A stretch of 38,360 bases of DNA from a virus (lineage: Duplodnaviria; Caudoviricetes), in the IMG/VR virus record IMGVR_UViG_3300048575_000463, positions 1 through 38,360 of that record; one strand, given 5' to 3'. Below the pieces are notes generated by a model, which did no database searches, was not told the origin of the DNA, and saw only the letters and a list, made by a program, of their open reading frames with translations. Below, piece by piece: positions 1-9,117 of the stretch; position 1 is the first letter of the stretch, and the number at the start of each line of letters is the position of its first letter. The translations under genes and the position numbers were made by a program.

Positions 1-1218
1 TTACTTCGGCTGCAACTCTAAAGTCGCAGGATCATCAGCGGAATATATTGCATGTAAGGGACTATCAAACAGTTTTGATAATCGAATAGAAGCTACCTTA
101 TTACCAATTTTGTGAGGGATGAAAAATACAATACGAGAGTATTGATCTCCTGACTCGCTCCTTGCACACAAAGTCTGTGGCAAACCTTCCCCACTTTCAT
201 CATCTATTTTGGAATATTTCCAATCATCACCAGATCCATATGACATCATATCATTATCAGTCACATTAAACGCTTCAAAAATCAATTCCTCCCATACATA
301 TCCTGACGGCAATGTTTTTAATGCAAAATTACTCTTTGGCCAAGGATTTATGCCATCTTTCTCAGTAAAATCAACCTTACCACCCTGAACAAGCTTGATC
401 TGCTTTAATTTAACTGTTTTCTCATCTTCCAGGGGAATTTCTCCTTTTTCATTCCGGACAATACCCTGTAGCCATTTTTCTTGCCCATTTACTACGTCCC
501 ACTGCCACCCATTCTTCAAAGCAGATTCGAGCGTTTTTTCCCGGTCTGGCAGCGTAGTAACTTTCCCAAGTTCAGCCACCATCTTCCAATCGGTATCAGT
601 CTGGAACTTATTCAAATACATGGAGTACACACTCCCCTCGTCAGTAGTGGGGACTACTTGCTTGACAAGCACGGGTAAAACAAGTCCCGTTTTTTGATCA
701 CCCTCATATATGAAATCTGCATGTTCAGATCCAGCGACAGGAGCATACGAAATTGGTTTTCCGTTTACTTCAGTCGCCAGCGAATATGATCCGTCAGGAT
801 TTAAGGTGAAATAGATTGGCCAATCCATTGCCTTTCCATCCGCATCCATCGGCATAATCGTCTTTCCAGTACTTCTCTCAATCGCCTGCACAGTCCACCG
901 ATATGAATCATTCTCACCCACTGCATAATACTTCAACGTTCCCACGTCAAATCCTTGTTTCTTTAGCCCATCCACAACTACTTGAGTAAACCGCCCATCC
1001 AAATCCTCAGTTGAACTGTACTTTCCAACTTTCATCTCATCAACAGTCGGAGGCCGCCATTCCATTAACTCTGGCTTCTGACCTTCGGGTAGGTTCACCA
1101 CAGCCTCTCTGGGTGGCTCAATGGTCTTGGTTGGCGTTGAAGTCGGTGTGGGTGTGGCGCCTATAAGGGCCGGAGCCAGCAGGATGATTGCAAGTGCAAG
1201 TACTTGTGTTCGTCTCAT
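1..1218 (-). CDS. Secreted hypothetical protein (signal peptide plus P/T-rich linker), outside the prophage
   Basis: 405-aa ORF. N-terminus MRRTQVLALAIILLAPALIGA looks like a signal peptide, followed by TPTPTSTPT. AT-richer than the phage. Confidence 0.7.
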   Translation of the reverse strand: MRRTQVLALAIILLAPALIGATPTPTSTPTKTIEPPREAVVNLPEGQKPELMEWRPPTVDEMKVGKYSSTEDLDGRFTQVVVDGLKKQGFDVGTLKYYAVGENDSYRWTVQAIERSTGKTIMPMDADGKAMDWPIYFTLNPDGSYSLATEVNGKPISYAPVAGSEHADFIYEGDQKTGLVLPVLVKQVVPTTDEGSVYSMYLNKFQTDTDWKMVAELGKVTTLPDREKTLESALKNGWQWDVVNGQEKWLQGIVRNEKGEIPLEDEKTVKLKQIKLVQGGKVDFTEKDGINPWPKSNFALKTLPSGYVWEELIFEAFNVTDNDMMSYGSGDDWKYSKIDDESGEGLPQTLCARSESGDQYSRIVFFIPHKIGNKVASIRLSKLFDSPLHAIYSADDPATLELQPK

Positions 1219-1348
1219 AGGATTTCCCCTTGAAATATGGTGTGGTTTGAATCACAGGTGATTCTACCGCCAATAAGAAGTCGCGGTCACCTGGACCTCG
1301 TACCATGTCTTGGAATATGCTTAAAGTCGTGTCCATGCGCAATCTCAA

Positions 1349-1414
1349 AAACCCTAAGGGTCTTAACGGGTAACTTTTCTACTAATATATTCTCGATTAA
1401 GACCCTTAGGGTTT
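1349..1414. repeat. 18-bp perfect inverted repeat (REP-like)
   Basis: AAACCCTAAGGGTCTTAA (1349-1366) and TTAAGACCCTTAGGGTTT (1397-1414). Confidence 0.8.
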
Positions 1415-1424
1415 GGTTTTCCGC

Positions 1425-1520
1425 GATCCGCCTGCACCTCGATGGTGTGATAGACACTGTTAAGCAAAACAAGACCATCCAGTCGACAGTCTTGTTCCTT
1501 AAAACAATGAATTTTTATAC
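1425..1520 (+). pseudogene. Possible relic 3' end of an older related serine integrase
   Basis: Translates as IRLHLDGVIDTVKQNKTIQSTVLFL, similar to the integrase C-terminus [28 protein letters not shown], and sits in the same position relative to the att repeat. Confidence 0.4.
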
Positions 1521-1541
1521 CTTCGAGAAGGTGCCCCCATC
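1506..1541 (+). repeat. Left att junction (direct repeat of 37577-37612)
   Basis: AATGAATTTTTATACCTTCGAGAAGGTGCCCCCATC versus AATGAATTTTTATAACTTCGGGGAGGTGCCCCCATC, 33/36 identical. The perfect 13-bp core AGGTGCCCCCATC corresponds to the tRNA 3' end. Confidence 0.9.
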
Positions 1542-1626
1542 CCGGTACCTCCCGAACCTCTAACAAATCATTTTCCGCCCCGATCGGGCGAAAACCATAT
1601 GTCTCACTGATCCGCAACGTCCGGAT

Positions 1627-1660
1627 AAAACAGAAGAACCCCGCATGACCTGCAGGGTTC
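1627..1660 (-). terminator. Rho-independent terminator closing the late operon
   Basis: Minus strand GAACCCTGCA-GGTCA-TGCGGGGTTC followed by TTCTGTTTT, just after the endolysin stop. Confidence 0.6.
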
Positions 1661-1703
1661 CCTGTGCTTAAAACGTTCTTCCGGTTTTCCCACGCCAGCG
1701 GTA

Positions 1704-2522
1704 TTACTGACTTTCCTCCTGCGTTGCCGGCGACACTTTCTTCATCAACCAACCCGCACTCCACACCGTGACAGTCACCTGGTGCGGCAGCCAGATCTCC
1801 CCGTTTTTTTTGACCGCATCCGCTGACAGCGTCACCGGCCCGGTCGTATCCCCCACATCCGCCGCACTCGTTGACGGCTGCAGGCGGTCATTCACATAAT
1901 CGCCTTTTGGCTTCCACACTTCCCCGGCTTTGGGGAGATCAGGCGAAGTCTGGCTCTGGCCCCCTTCGGGAAGGGGGTTGGGGGATTCTTGTGCGGGGGA
2001 TTCTGATGTGAACACGCACACCTCATAGATCGCCTCGCTGACATGGTTCTTCCCCTTGCCAAACCGCGCCATCAGTGAAACTGGGCCGCCATTCTCCACA
2101 ATCGGCACCGGATCCAGAATGATGTAATCGTCACCTGCTTTGGTCTCCAGAACCACCCAATGATTTTGAACGCCCGTCTTTACCGGGTCATAATCCACCA
2201 GCACCACAACGACCTTGTCCTCAGACATATACCGGTCGATCAATTCGATCGGCGCCGGGACCGGGTCATAGCACTTTATCCGGTCGACATATACCATGCC
2301 CGGAACGGCATTTGCCAGGCTCCAGAGACCTATCTCAGATCCGCTGAAACCGCCAACCGCGATGAATTTCTGATTGATCGTCGCCGGCGTTTCGCCATAC
2401 CCGAATTTCTGGCAGGCGGTCGCCAGGCCGCAAACCAGGCAGCCCGCCGTTCCAATCGTATATGCGCCCGTCCCCAATTTTTCATTCTTCCACCGCGCGT
2501 CGTTCTGCGAAAATCTGATCAT
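1704..2522 (-). CDS. Putative endolysin: peptidase C39-like domain plus SH3-like C-terminus
   Basis: FSQNDARW...TIGTAGCL (catalytic Cys), HWVV and ILDP motifs; Pro-rich linker; YVNDRLQPSTSA resembles SH3b; last gene of the late operon. Confidence 0.7.
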   Translation of the reverse strand: MIRFSQNDARWKNEKLGTGAYTIGTAGCLVCGLATACQKFGYGETPATINQKFIAVGGFSGSEIGLWSLANAVPGMVYVDRIKCYDPVPAPIELIDRYMSEDKVVVVLVDYDPVKTGVQNHWVVLETKAGDDYIILDPVPIVENGGPVSLMARFGKGKNHVSEAIYEVCVFTSESPAQESPNPLPEGGQSQTSPDLPKAGEVWKPKGDYVNDRLQPSTSAADVGDTTGPVTLSADAVKKNGEIWLPHQVTVTVWSAGWLMKKVSPATQEESQ

Positions 2523-2586
2523 TCTTCCTCACTTTCTTCCACAAACCCCCTCCGGAGGGGGCATTTTGTTGACCCCAACAAAATGG

Positions 2587-3987
2587 TTACAAATACGCGC
2601 ACCGCGCCCAGATCATCGTCCGGGTGTAATCGCCGCGCACACGGAAATTGGAACCTGACGCGGCCATATGGATGACGTAATACGTGGTCTTACTCGTCAG
2701 TAAAACGTCCTGCTCAATGCAAGGATGCACGAGATTTAACCCGTAAGAAGTTTCGGTAAATCGCTTGTCGGAATCTGACGATGCCGATGTTGAAAGGCAG
2801 GACGACAGGAATACGGTGCTGGCACCCTCCAACAGTACAAACGCCTTATATCCCAGCTTCCAGGCGCCGATCGGGATTGACTTTGACAGCCCGGAACAAT
2901 TGCACCATGTCCAGTTACCCGGCCAGCTTCCGTAACTCTTGTTATTGGCGTCGGTAAGCACCTCCGTCCATTTGGCCGGATCCATCGGGAACCCCAGCGG
3001 CGCTTTGGCCAGGCTGTAACAGGGCGAGCTGACGGCCGCGTTGGCCAGCGTGTAATCCGTACCGCCATATACCGTGATCAGCGTCGCGCCGCCCGAATAG
3101 CTGCCCACCGCGGTCACGATGAAAAATTTGGCCGTGGTTTGTGTCAGTTTGATTCGGTACCCGACGCCGATCAGCCCGGTCATGTCCGCGTTGACCGATA
3201 TCACAAACGTCGGGCTATCGGCGGACGAATAACTCCAGGTATTGGTATCCGGGATCCACGGGTCCACATTGCCGCCGGGGATCGTTATATCCGTGGCGCC
3301 GGTCCCGGCATTATCCGCCGCGCTGACGCCTGCTCCCTTGAAATTGATCTTGCTTCGGGCCGTCAGGTCCACGCCCTCATCCTGCACGGTGTGGCCGCTG
3401 CCGCCGCTGATCTGCCCATCCAGATCCGTGTCGTACAAAGCCGCGAGCATATCGCCGCCTGGCACAATGGCCAGCTCCACCGGCAAACTCAACCGGCTCT
3501 GTCTGGCCGCCCCCAGGTAATAGAAATGGACGGTCCTGCTGCCTGTTGACGTGGTTTTGGCGTAAATCTTGACCACCAGACGGTCTGTGAGCGCGCCCAG
3601 ACTCAAAACTCCCTGCGAACTGGTGACCAAATAGCCCGCGCTTGCTGCTGTGAGGCTTCCTGTGGTCACGTGGAAGAGCTCGGTTTCGCTTCCGGCCGCG
3701 CTCCGGGCATACACCCGCGCGATGACCTCGCTCACGCCGTCCACCGTGTCGACAGATCCGAACAGCTCAAAGGTCCAACTACCGGCCGCGATCTCTGACA
3801 GCCCCAGCGCCGGTGAAACCCAATCATCCATCAGCACTTCGCCGCCGGTGTCAATCACGGCTTGTGTCAATTCCACCTCAGCCGCGGCTGCCATGGGCGG
3901 TTTTGTAAGCTGCTTATACCCGCTGATGCCGCTGGCCGTCAGCCCGCTGAGGAAAAGATTACGGCTGCCTGCCGGTTGGTACGTCAT
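2587..3987 (-). CDS. Tail fibre / receptor-binding-type protein
   Basis: 466 aa, Gly/Ser/Thr-rich, with GDMLAALYD and INFKGAGV motifs common in tail fibres; position after the tail genes. Confidence 0.6.
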   Translation of the reverse strand: MTYQPAGSRNLFLSGLTASGISGYKQLTKPPMAAAAEVELTQAVIDTGGEVLMDDWVSPALGLSEIAAGSWTFELFGSVDTVDGVSEVIARVYARSAAGSETELFHVTTGSLTAASAGYLVTSSQGVLSLGALTDRLVVKIYAKTTSTGSRTVHFYYLGAARQSRLSLPVELAIVPGGDMLAALYDTDLDGQISGGSGHTVQDEGVDLTARSKINFKGAGVSAADNAGTGATDITIPGGNVDPWIPDTNTWSYSSADSPTFVISVNADMTGLIGVGYRIKLTQTTAKFFIVTAVGSYSGGATLITVYGGTDYTLANAAVSSPCYSLAKAPLGFPMDPAKWTEVLTDANNKSYGSWPGNWTWCNCSGLSKSIPIGAWKLGYKAFVLLEGASTVFLSSCLSTSASSDSDKRFTETSYGLNLVHPCIEQDVLLTSKTTYYVIHMAASGSNFRVRGDYTRTMIWARCAYL

Positions 3988-4847
3988 GCCACTATCCAGT
4001 TAGCGCCATCAGAAATGATCTCTGCCGTTGCGTATTGTGTGCTCAGCACCTTCGTGGCCGCGCCGTTGATGGTTTCCGCCGAGTATCCGTCAATGGTCAC
4101 CGTGTTGGCCGAGCTGTCCAGTTTGCGGATCAAATACGTGCGCCCGTTGATACCGGCAGCGGTGGGCAGGGTTATCGTGCGGGCCGCGCCACTCGCGTCG
4201 ACATCCACCACGTCGTGAGTGGCGTCGAGTGTTGTGTTGACGGCCACAGAGGTATACGCCCGCCTGCGCGCTTTGGTAAATATTTGTTCGGCCGCGAATG
4301 TGTTAGCCTTGTTGGTCAGCGGCACGTTGGCCGGGCATAATGACGCCAGCCACCTGGATAGTGTGGTGTCCCAGATCAGCACCACAACCTGCGTCGTGTC
4401 GGTAAAAACGATATCCATGCCGCCCGGGCAGGAGATATTCCCGGTGTTGTGTTTGATGGTCACCACCCGGGCGCTGTTGTATTGCCGCAATACCAGAACA
4501 AATCCGTCCGTCAAGCTTGTGGCCGTGATCGTGTCCAGGTCATCGGCTGCTGCCGAGCCCTCAGTGTCCACCGTGTACCAGTTTTTTACCGGCAGGATCA
4601 CCCCGCCGGAAATGCCGATCGTCGACGAATTGGCAAAATCCAGGCGGCCGTACCCATCCAGTGACTGCGCCAGGCGCGTGACCAGGTCCGTTACCGCTCC
4701 CTGCGGTAGCAGGCCGATCACTGCCTCAATCGCCGCAATTGCGTCCTGTAGGTCATTCACATCCTTACAGGCGATCAGTGTCCCCGTATCGTGGCCATCC
4801 ACTTTGTTGGTATAGCTATCCAATGCTGCCGGGTAATTTGTTGTCAT
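3984..4847 (-). CDS. Minor tail / fibre protein
   Basis: MTTNYPAALD...VNDLQDAIAAIE N-terminus; C-terminal TITLPTAAG...TIDG..ETING repeat-type module typical of phage fibres. Confidence 0.65.
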   Translation of the reverse strand: MTTNYPAALDSYTNKVDGHDTGTLIACKDVNDLQDAIAAIEAVIGLLPQGAVTDLVTRLAQSLDGYGRLDFANSSTIGISGGVILPVKNWYTVDTEGSAAADDLDTITATSLTDGFVLVLRQYNSARVVTIKHNTGNISCPGGMDIVFTDTTQVVVLIWDTTLSRWLASLCPANVPLTNKANTFAAEQIFTKARRRAYTSVAVNTTLDATHDVVDVDASGAARTITLPTAAGINGRTYLIRKLDSSANTVTIDGYSAETINGAATKVLSTQYATAEIISDGANWIVA

Positions 4848-4900
4848 AGTTCCTTCCTAACTGCCCCCCTTCGTTCAGGATGAAGGGGGAAAAAGGGGGA

Positions 4901-7357
4901 TTAAAGTATTCCGCTCCCACACACATTCTTCAATCCAGCGTCACCCCAGATGACAATGGATTTTTTCCCCGCCACTCGAGCTGACCGTAAGATGTAATTA
5001 AGACTCCCGGAATTGTCATCCCAGTAATTATCTGAAACGCGCACAGATAATGTCGCACCAGCTTTGAAATACCCACGGGAGTAATTTGTATTGATCCGAT
5101 GAGTCAGCCCAAGAATGCCCAATCCAGTGGTCCCTTGCAAATATCCAAGAGATCCTCCGATGCGGTTCCCACCGATTATTGCCCATCCTAATCCCACATT
5201 CATATCTATGGCATATCCATTACCCCAGGCGCCCTGCAATACGGCAGGCCCCCCGTCACCTTCGACCGAGTAATAATTGCCGATGGTCAGCCCGGTGATG
5301 GTCGCGCCGGTGGACGATGTCACCGGGATGGTTCCGCTGCCGATCTGCGCCAGCGCGGAATATTCATACATCGGGTCGATCCAGATCCTAAATCCAGCCA
5401 CTTCCATGGCCGTGTCCGGAGAGAATGTGACCGTGCGCGGCGAGGTCCTGTTATTCTCCACCACAACGCCGGAGCAAAGCACGCTCTTATCCGCCGCGAT
5501 GGCGTCCACATGCCACCACGAATTGCCAATCTCCACTGTTTGCACGCCCGCTTCCGTCCAGTACGCCCAACCGGCTGATAAAACCAGTGTGGATTTATTC
5601 ACACAACTCTTGGGGCGGAGTGTACACGGGTACCATAGGAAGCTCTCCATCGATCCGCTGCCGTCATTGATCAAGCGTGAAATAGTCGGGGTGACGTGAT
5701 ACGCGCCATTTGTCGGTGCGTCCGTCATCAGGCAGAAATTGGTCGGGTCCAGCGGCGACCCGGGCGGCATGAACGGGATATCGATCGGCGGTGTGACCGG
5801 AATGTCGATCGGCGGCGTTTCCGGGTACGGGATCACCGGCGTCTCAATGGCGCCCGGGATCCATGGATCTGTGGTCAGCACGGTGGTGTCATAAATGCGG
5901 TCCTGCAGGTACAGCGTGGTGATCACGTCCTGGCCGTTGTCGCTCTGCCACTGATGGCGGATCCCGCGGATGGTGGTGGTGATGTCAATTCCGCGCGCGG
6001 CCACCGTCAGGTGCACCCGGTGCATCAGGTCTTTGTTGTATTGGATGTCCGGCCGTTGATGGATCTCCACGGTGGCATTTTTGTGCGGTGTGCTCAAGAA
6101 ATATCGGAGCAAGGCCGCGTACCAACGCGCGTACATCGAATCCTGCAGCCATGGATTGTCCAGCGCGTAATCCCGGGAACCGTAAAAATTGATGATCGCC
6201 GGATCCGCGTTGTCGTTGATGTCATACGGCGCGGTGACGATCTCCGCCCCGCACAGCCGCAAATTGAGCAAATAACCCGGTTCCGCCGACGCCCGGGTGA
6301 TCCGCACCACGCAGCTCGTTGAGGTGATCTCGCTGATGGTCACCGAATAGTCATCCGTCACATCGTTGCCGTTGCCGTCCGCCTGGCTGTTCGCGTAAAA
6401 ATCAGCATGAGGCTGCGGCTGTGTCACCGACGCGGATTTTTCCCATGTGGCGCTGAATTCGTGGTACTCGCCGGCGGTCGACGTTGAGAAGTACACGGCG
6501 CCAGGCATGGTCCAGATGACACTTCCCGGACGTTTCCCGCGCCGGTTGACCCGCACTTTGACCAGCGTGCGCACGGTTTCCCAGCTCTTCGGAAAGGTGA
6601 TCGTTTTCCTGAGTTGCGACTGATCCAACTGGTGGATCGTGGCTTCCTGGGAACTCCGGGGTTGGAACACAGCCGTTCCCCGCCGGTCGCAATAAAAGGT
6701 CCCCAGAGCCGCGCTGGCCAGATCGTTGATAATGTCCAGGGCGCTTTCCTCGCCCGGGTCAAACACATACACCGGCTGGGTGACAGACCCGATGGCCCGC
6801 GATTTTGTGTAGTTTACATTTGCCAAAACGCCAGAAATCGCCTGGCTGATCGTCAGGCCGTACTCCACGCCGGCCTTGTATTTGCGGTCTTTCAGCGAGC
6901 GCAGTTCGTCCTCGATGACAATCGTCACCTCGTTCTCGCCGGATACCTGGGTGATGTCCGTGATAAACCCGCTCATCTGTGGCTCCACCACACCCGTCGC
7001 GTTGATCCGTACGAAGATCTCCACCGGCCGGCCGGGCACCAGGTAGCCGTATAACGGGCTGTCCGTGTTGTATTCGTCATAGCGCCGGTCCGGATCTGAC
7101 AATTTGATCGTGCATTTTCCCGGATCAAATTCCTCAAAACCGTTGCCGTTGGGCGGGATGTAATTCTCAGATCCCCGGAAAAGGTCACAGTCGATCACAT
7201 GGTCCGCCTCATTGACCGGCGTCACCCCGTCCCATTTAATGTTGAAGATCCAGGCAACCTCTCCGACACCGCTGGCTGAGCCTGTCGAAGCCGCGGGGTC
7301 GTCGCCTTCCCCATACCGTGAACCATCACCGTACCGACCGCCGTCACCGTATCTCAT
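4901..7357 (-). CDS. Large minor tail (hub/baseplate) protein
   Basis: 818 aa directly after the tape measure; PGKCTIKLSDPDRRYD..N..SPLYG motif; N-terminal RYG(D/E)G x3; TPPIDIP x2 linker. Confidence 0.7.
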   Translation of the reverse strand: MRYGDGGRYGDGSRYGEGDDPAASTGSASGVGEVAWIFNIKWDGVTPVNEADHVIDCDLFRGSENYIPPNGNGFEEFDPGKCTIKLSDPDRRYDEYNTDSPLYGYLVPGRPVEIFVRINATGVVEPQMSGFITDITQVSGENEVTIVIEDELRSLKDRKYKAGVEYGLTISQAISGVLANVNYTKSRAIGSVTQPVYVFDPGEESALDIINDLASAALGTFYCDRRGTAVFQPRSSQEATIHQLDQSQLRKTITFPKSWETVRTLVKVRVNRRGKRPGSVIWTMPGAVYFSTSTAGEYHEFSATWEKSASVTQPQPHADFYANSQADGNGNDVTDDYSVTISEITSTSCVVRITRASAEPGYLLNLRLCGAEIVTAPYDINDNADPAIINFYGSRDYALDNPWLQDSMYARWYAALLRYFLSTPHKNATVEIHQRPDIQYNKDLMHRVHLTVAARGIDITTTIRGIRHQWQSDNGQDVITTLYLQDRIYDTTVLTTDPWIPGAIETPVIPYPETPPIDIPVTPPIDIPFMPPGSPLDPTNFCLMTDAPTNGAYHVTPTISRLINDGSGSMESFLWYPCTLRPKSCVNKSTLVLSAGWAYWTEAGVQTVEIGNSWWHVDAIAADKSVLCSGVVVENNRTSPRTVTFSPDTAMEVAGFRIWIDPMYEYSALAQIGSGTIPVTSSTGATITGLTIGNYYSVEGDGGPAVLQGAWGNGYAIDMNVGLGWAIIGGNRIGGSLGYLQGTTGLGILGLTHRINTNYSRGYFKAGATLSVRVSDNYWDDNSGSLNYILRSARVAGKKSIVIWGDAGLKNVCGSGIL

Positions 7358-8568
7358 GCGCGTTTTTCCCGGAAAAGATCATCAAAGATCGGTTTGAATT
7401 TTGTTTTGGCTTCCAACCGGTCCATCGTGGAGATAAATGGGGAATAGTTGACGCTGAAATTGTTGATCACCATCGCACCGCCGCCAGCCATGGAAAATCC
7501 ATTCGGCAGGATCATCCCATCGCTGCCGGGAATAAACGGTTCCGGGCCATTCTCCCCGACCATATAAGCCCTTCCGGCTGAAACCTTTCCGCCAGAGGCG
7601 CGCCCGGGAAGTAAATTTCCCCAGGAAGCGGTTGACGCGATGGCATCTCCCAATGCACCAGGCGTGAATAACAATTGCTTGATGAATTCCCAGGTCCCGC
7701 CATTTGCCGCAAGTTGGTTGAACATGCTCCCCAGCATCCCGAAAAATTCAACGAGCTTATAGATCGCATATCCTACAGCCACAATGGCCGCAGCCACAGC
7801 CAGAGCTGGCCCCACAACAGCCCAGGTGCCTACGGCAACACCTTGAAGAGCCGTCCCTGCGGCTGTCAGGCCTCCCGCGGATCCGCCGATCTTACTGAAA
7901 ATGATGGCCAGATCCGCCATACTTGCCAGCGCTCCTCCATTGACCAGTGATCCAATCCCGAGTGTGACATCCTGTATCGGCTTTGGCATTTGTTGAAATA
8001 TCCCTAAAAGAGTGCCAGCCGCTTCATATTTCATTCCCGTCATAGAATCGTTGAATTCATCCAGTGCCTGTTTCGATGCCTGGATCTTTTTGGCTTTTTC
8101 GTCATCAATGATCAGGCTTTCAGACGTAGCCGCAGCCATTTCCCGGATCTTTGAACCTCCCAATTCCAGATATTTGGCCATATCCGGTCCAGCACGCTGA
8201 CCAAACTGATCGATCAAGAATTGTGCCTGCGCTGCTGGATCTTTTATCGCCATGAATTGGTCTGACAGCCGCGCCATGGCTTCAACGGTTGGCTGCACGC
8301 CATTGTCTGCCATGGTTTTCATGGCCAGCCGGAGCGAATTGTAGGAGACGAACGCATCGTCCGTGCTCTGGATGAGCCTGCTGGCTTCTTCGTTGCTGAT
8401 CCGGGTGAAAGAGGACAGATCCTTCACCTGGTCACCGTATTGAATATATTCATCGGTGACCTTGCTGACAGCCCGCGCGGCGTCCGCCAAATTCTTGGTC
8501 AGATCCTTGAATTTAGAAGAGGCTTTGTCATCCGCGTTGATTACAATCTTGACTTCTGAATCTGACAT
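7354..8568 (-). CDS. Tape measure protein (short, 404 aa)
   Basis: VKIVINADDKAS N-terminus, helical and hydrophobic middle, C-terminal RASGG.V...YMVGENGPE motif. Confidence 0.85.
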   Translation of the reverse strand: MSDSEVKIVINADDKASSKFKDLTKNLADAARAVSKVTDEYIQYGDQVKDLSSFTRISNEEASRLIQSTDDAFVSYNSLRLAMKTMADNGVQPTVEAMARLSDQFMAIKDPAAQAQFLIDQFGQRAGPDMAKYLELGGSKIREMAAATSESLIIDDEKAKKIQASKQALDEFNDSMTGMKYEAAGTLLGIFQQMPKPIQDVTLGIGSLVNGGALASMADLAIIFSKIGGSAGGLTAAGTALQGVAVGTWAVVGPALAVAAAIVAVGYAIYKLVEFFGMLGSMFNQLAANGGTWEFIKQLLFTPGALGDAIASTASWGNLLPGRASGGKVSAGRAYMVGENGPEPFIPGSDGMILPNGFSMAGGGAMVINNFSVNYSPFISTMDRLEAKTKFKPIFDDLFREKRA

Positions 8569-8774
8569 ACCATCCTCATTTCAGCGCCGCGTTCTTCCAA
8601 AGGCCGGGTATAGCATTCCCGTTCGATCCATTTCTTTTTGGCCAGAGTTCCGGTCTCACCAGTGATCTCCCAGGGCGCCTTTCCCCAGGCACGCGCTGCT
8701 TGCAAAATCTTTACCCAGGCCGGGGGTTGGGGAGGAAGCTCATCGCCCGTATACGTCGCCCAGGCAATGATCAT
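8541..8774 (-). CDS. Tail assembly chaperone, downstream (GT-like) segment
   Basis: Lies between the chaperone and the TMP, in the -1 frame relative to the upstream ORF; AARAWGKAPWEI motif. Confidence 0.55.
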   Translation of the reverse strand: MIIAWATYTGDELPPQPPAWVKILQAARAWGKAPWEITGETGTLAKKKWIERECYTRPLEERGAEMRMVCQIQKSRL

Positions 8775-9043
8775 CCTCCGCTCGGAGGGTCCATCGTTTT
8801 CAGTTTGTTGACCACCTCCGCGAAAGCAAACAGCGTGTCATTCATCTGTTTGGTCTTCAGCTTGCCCAGGGCTTTGTAACCATCCTCCGGTGACATGCCC
8901 TTTACAAAAACCGAAAGGATCGACCGCGCTTCTGCCGGACTGAGTTTCGGAGCCTTATCTACAATTTCCCATTGCTCCCACGTCAACTCATCCAACCGGT
9001 CCGGCGTGATATCAAGTTCAATCGTGTTTCCTTCTTCAGCCAT
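8771..9043 (-). CDS. Tail assembly chaperone (G-like)
   Basis: 90-aa ORF after the tail tube gene, with AGGAG RBS. Confidence 0.6.
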   Translation of the reverse strand: MAEEGNTIELDITPDRLDELTWEQWEIVDKAPKLSPAEARSILSVFVKGMSPEDGYKALGKLKTKQMNDTLFAFAEVVNKLKTMDPPSGG

Positions 9044-9117
9044 CGCTTACACTCCTTGAGGCAATTAATCAAAATAGAGACATTCCTCCCCCATCGGGGG
9101 AGGTAAGGAGGGGGATT

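Noticed and set aside
5776-5820. TPPIDIP tandem repeat (and RYGDG x3 at the gene start) in the hub gene as phase-variable elements
   Set aside because: The repeats are in frame and synonymously diverged, consistent with ordinary protein linkers.
2587-7357. Diversity-generating retroelement or invertible tail-fibre cassette
   Set aside because: No reverse transcriptase, no TR/VR pair differing at adenines, and no opposite-strand fibre fragments or flanking inverted sites were seen.
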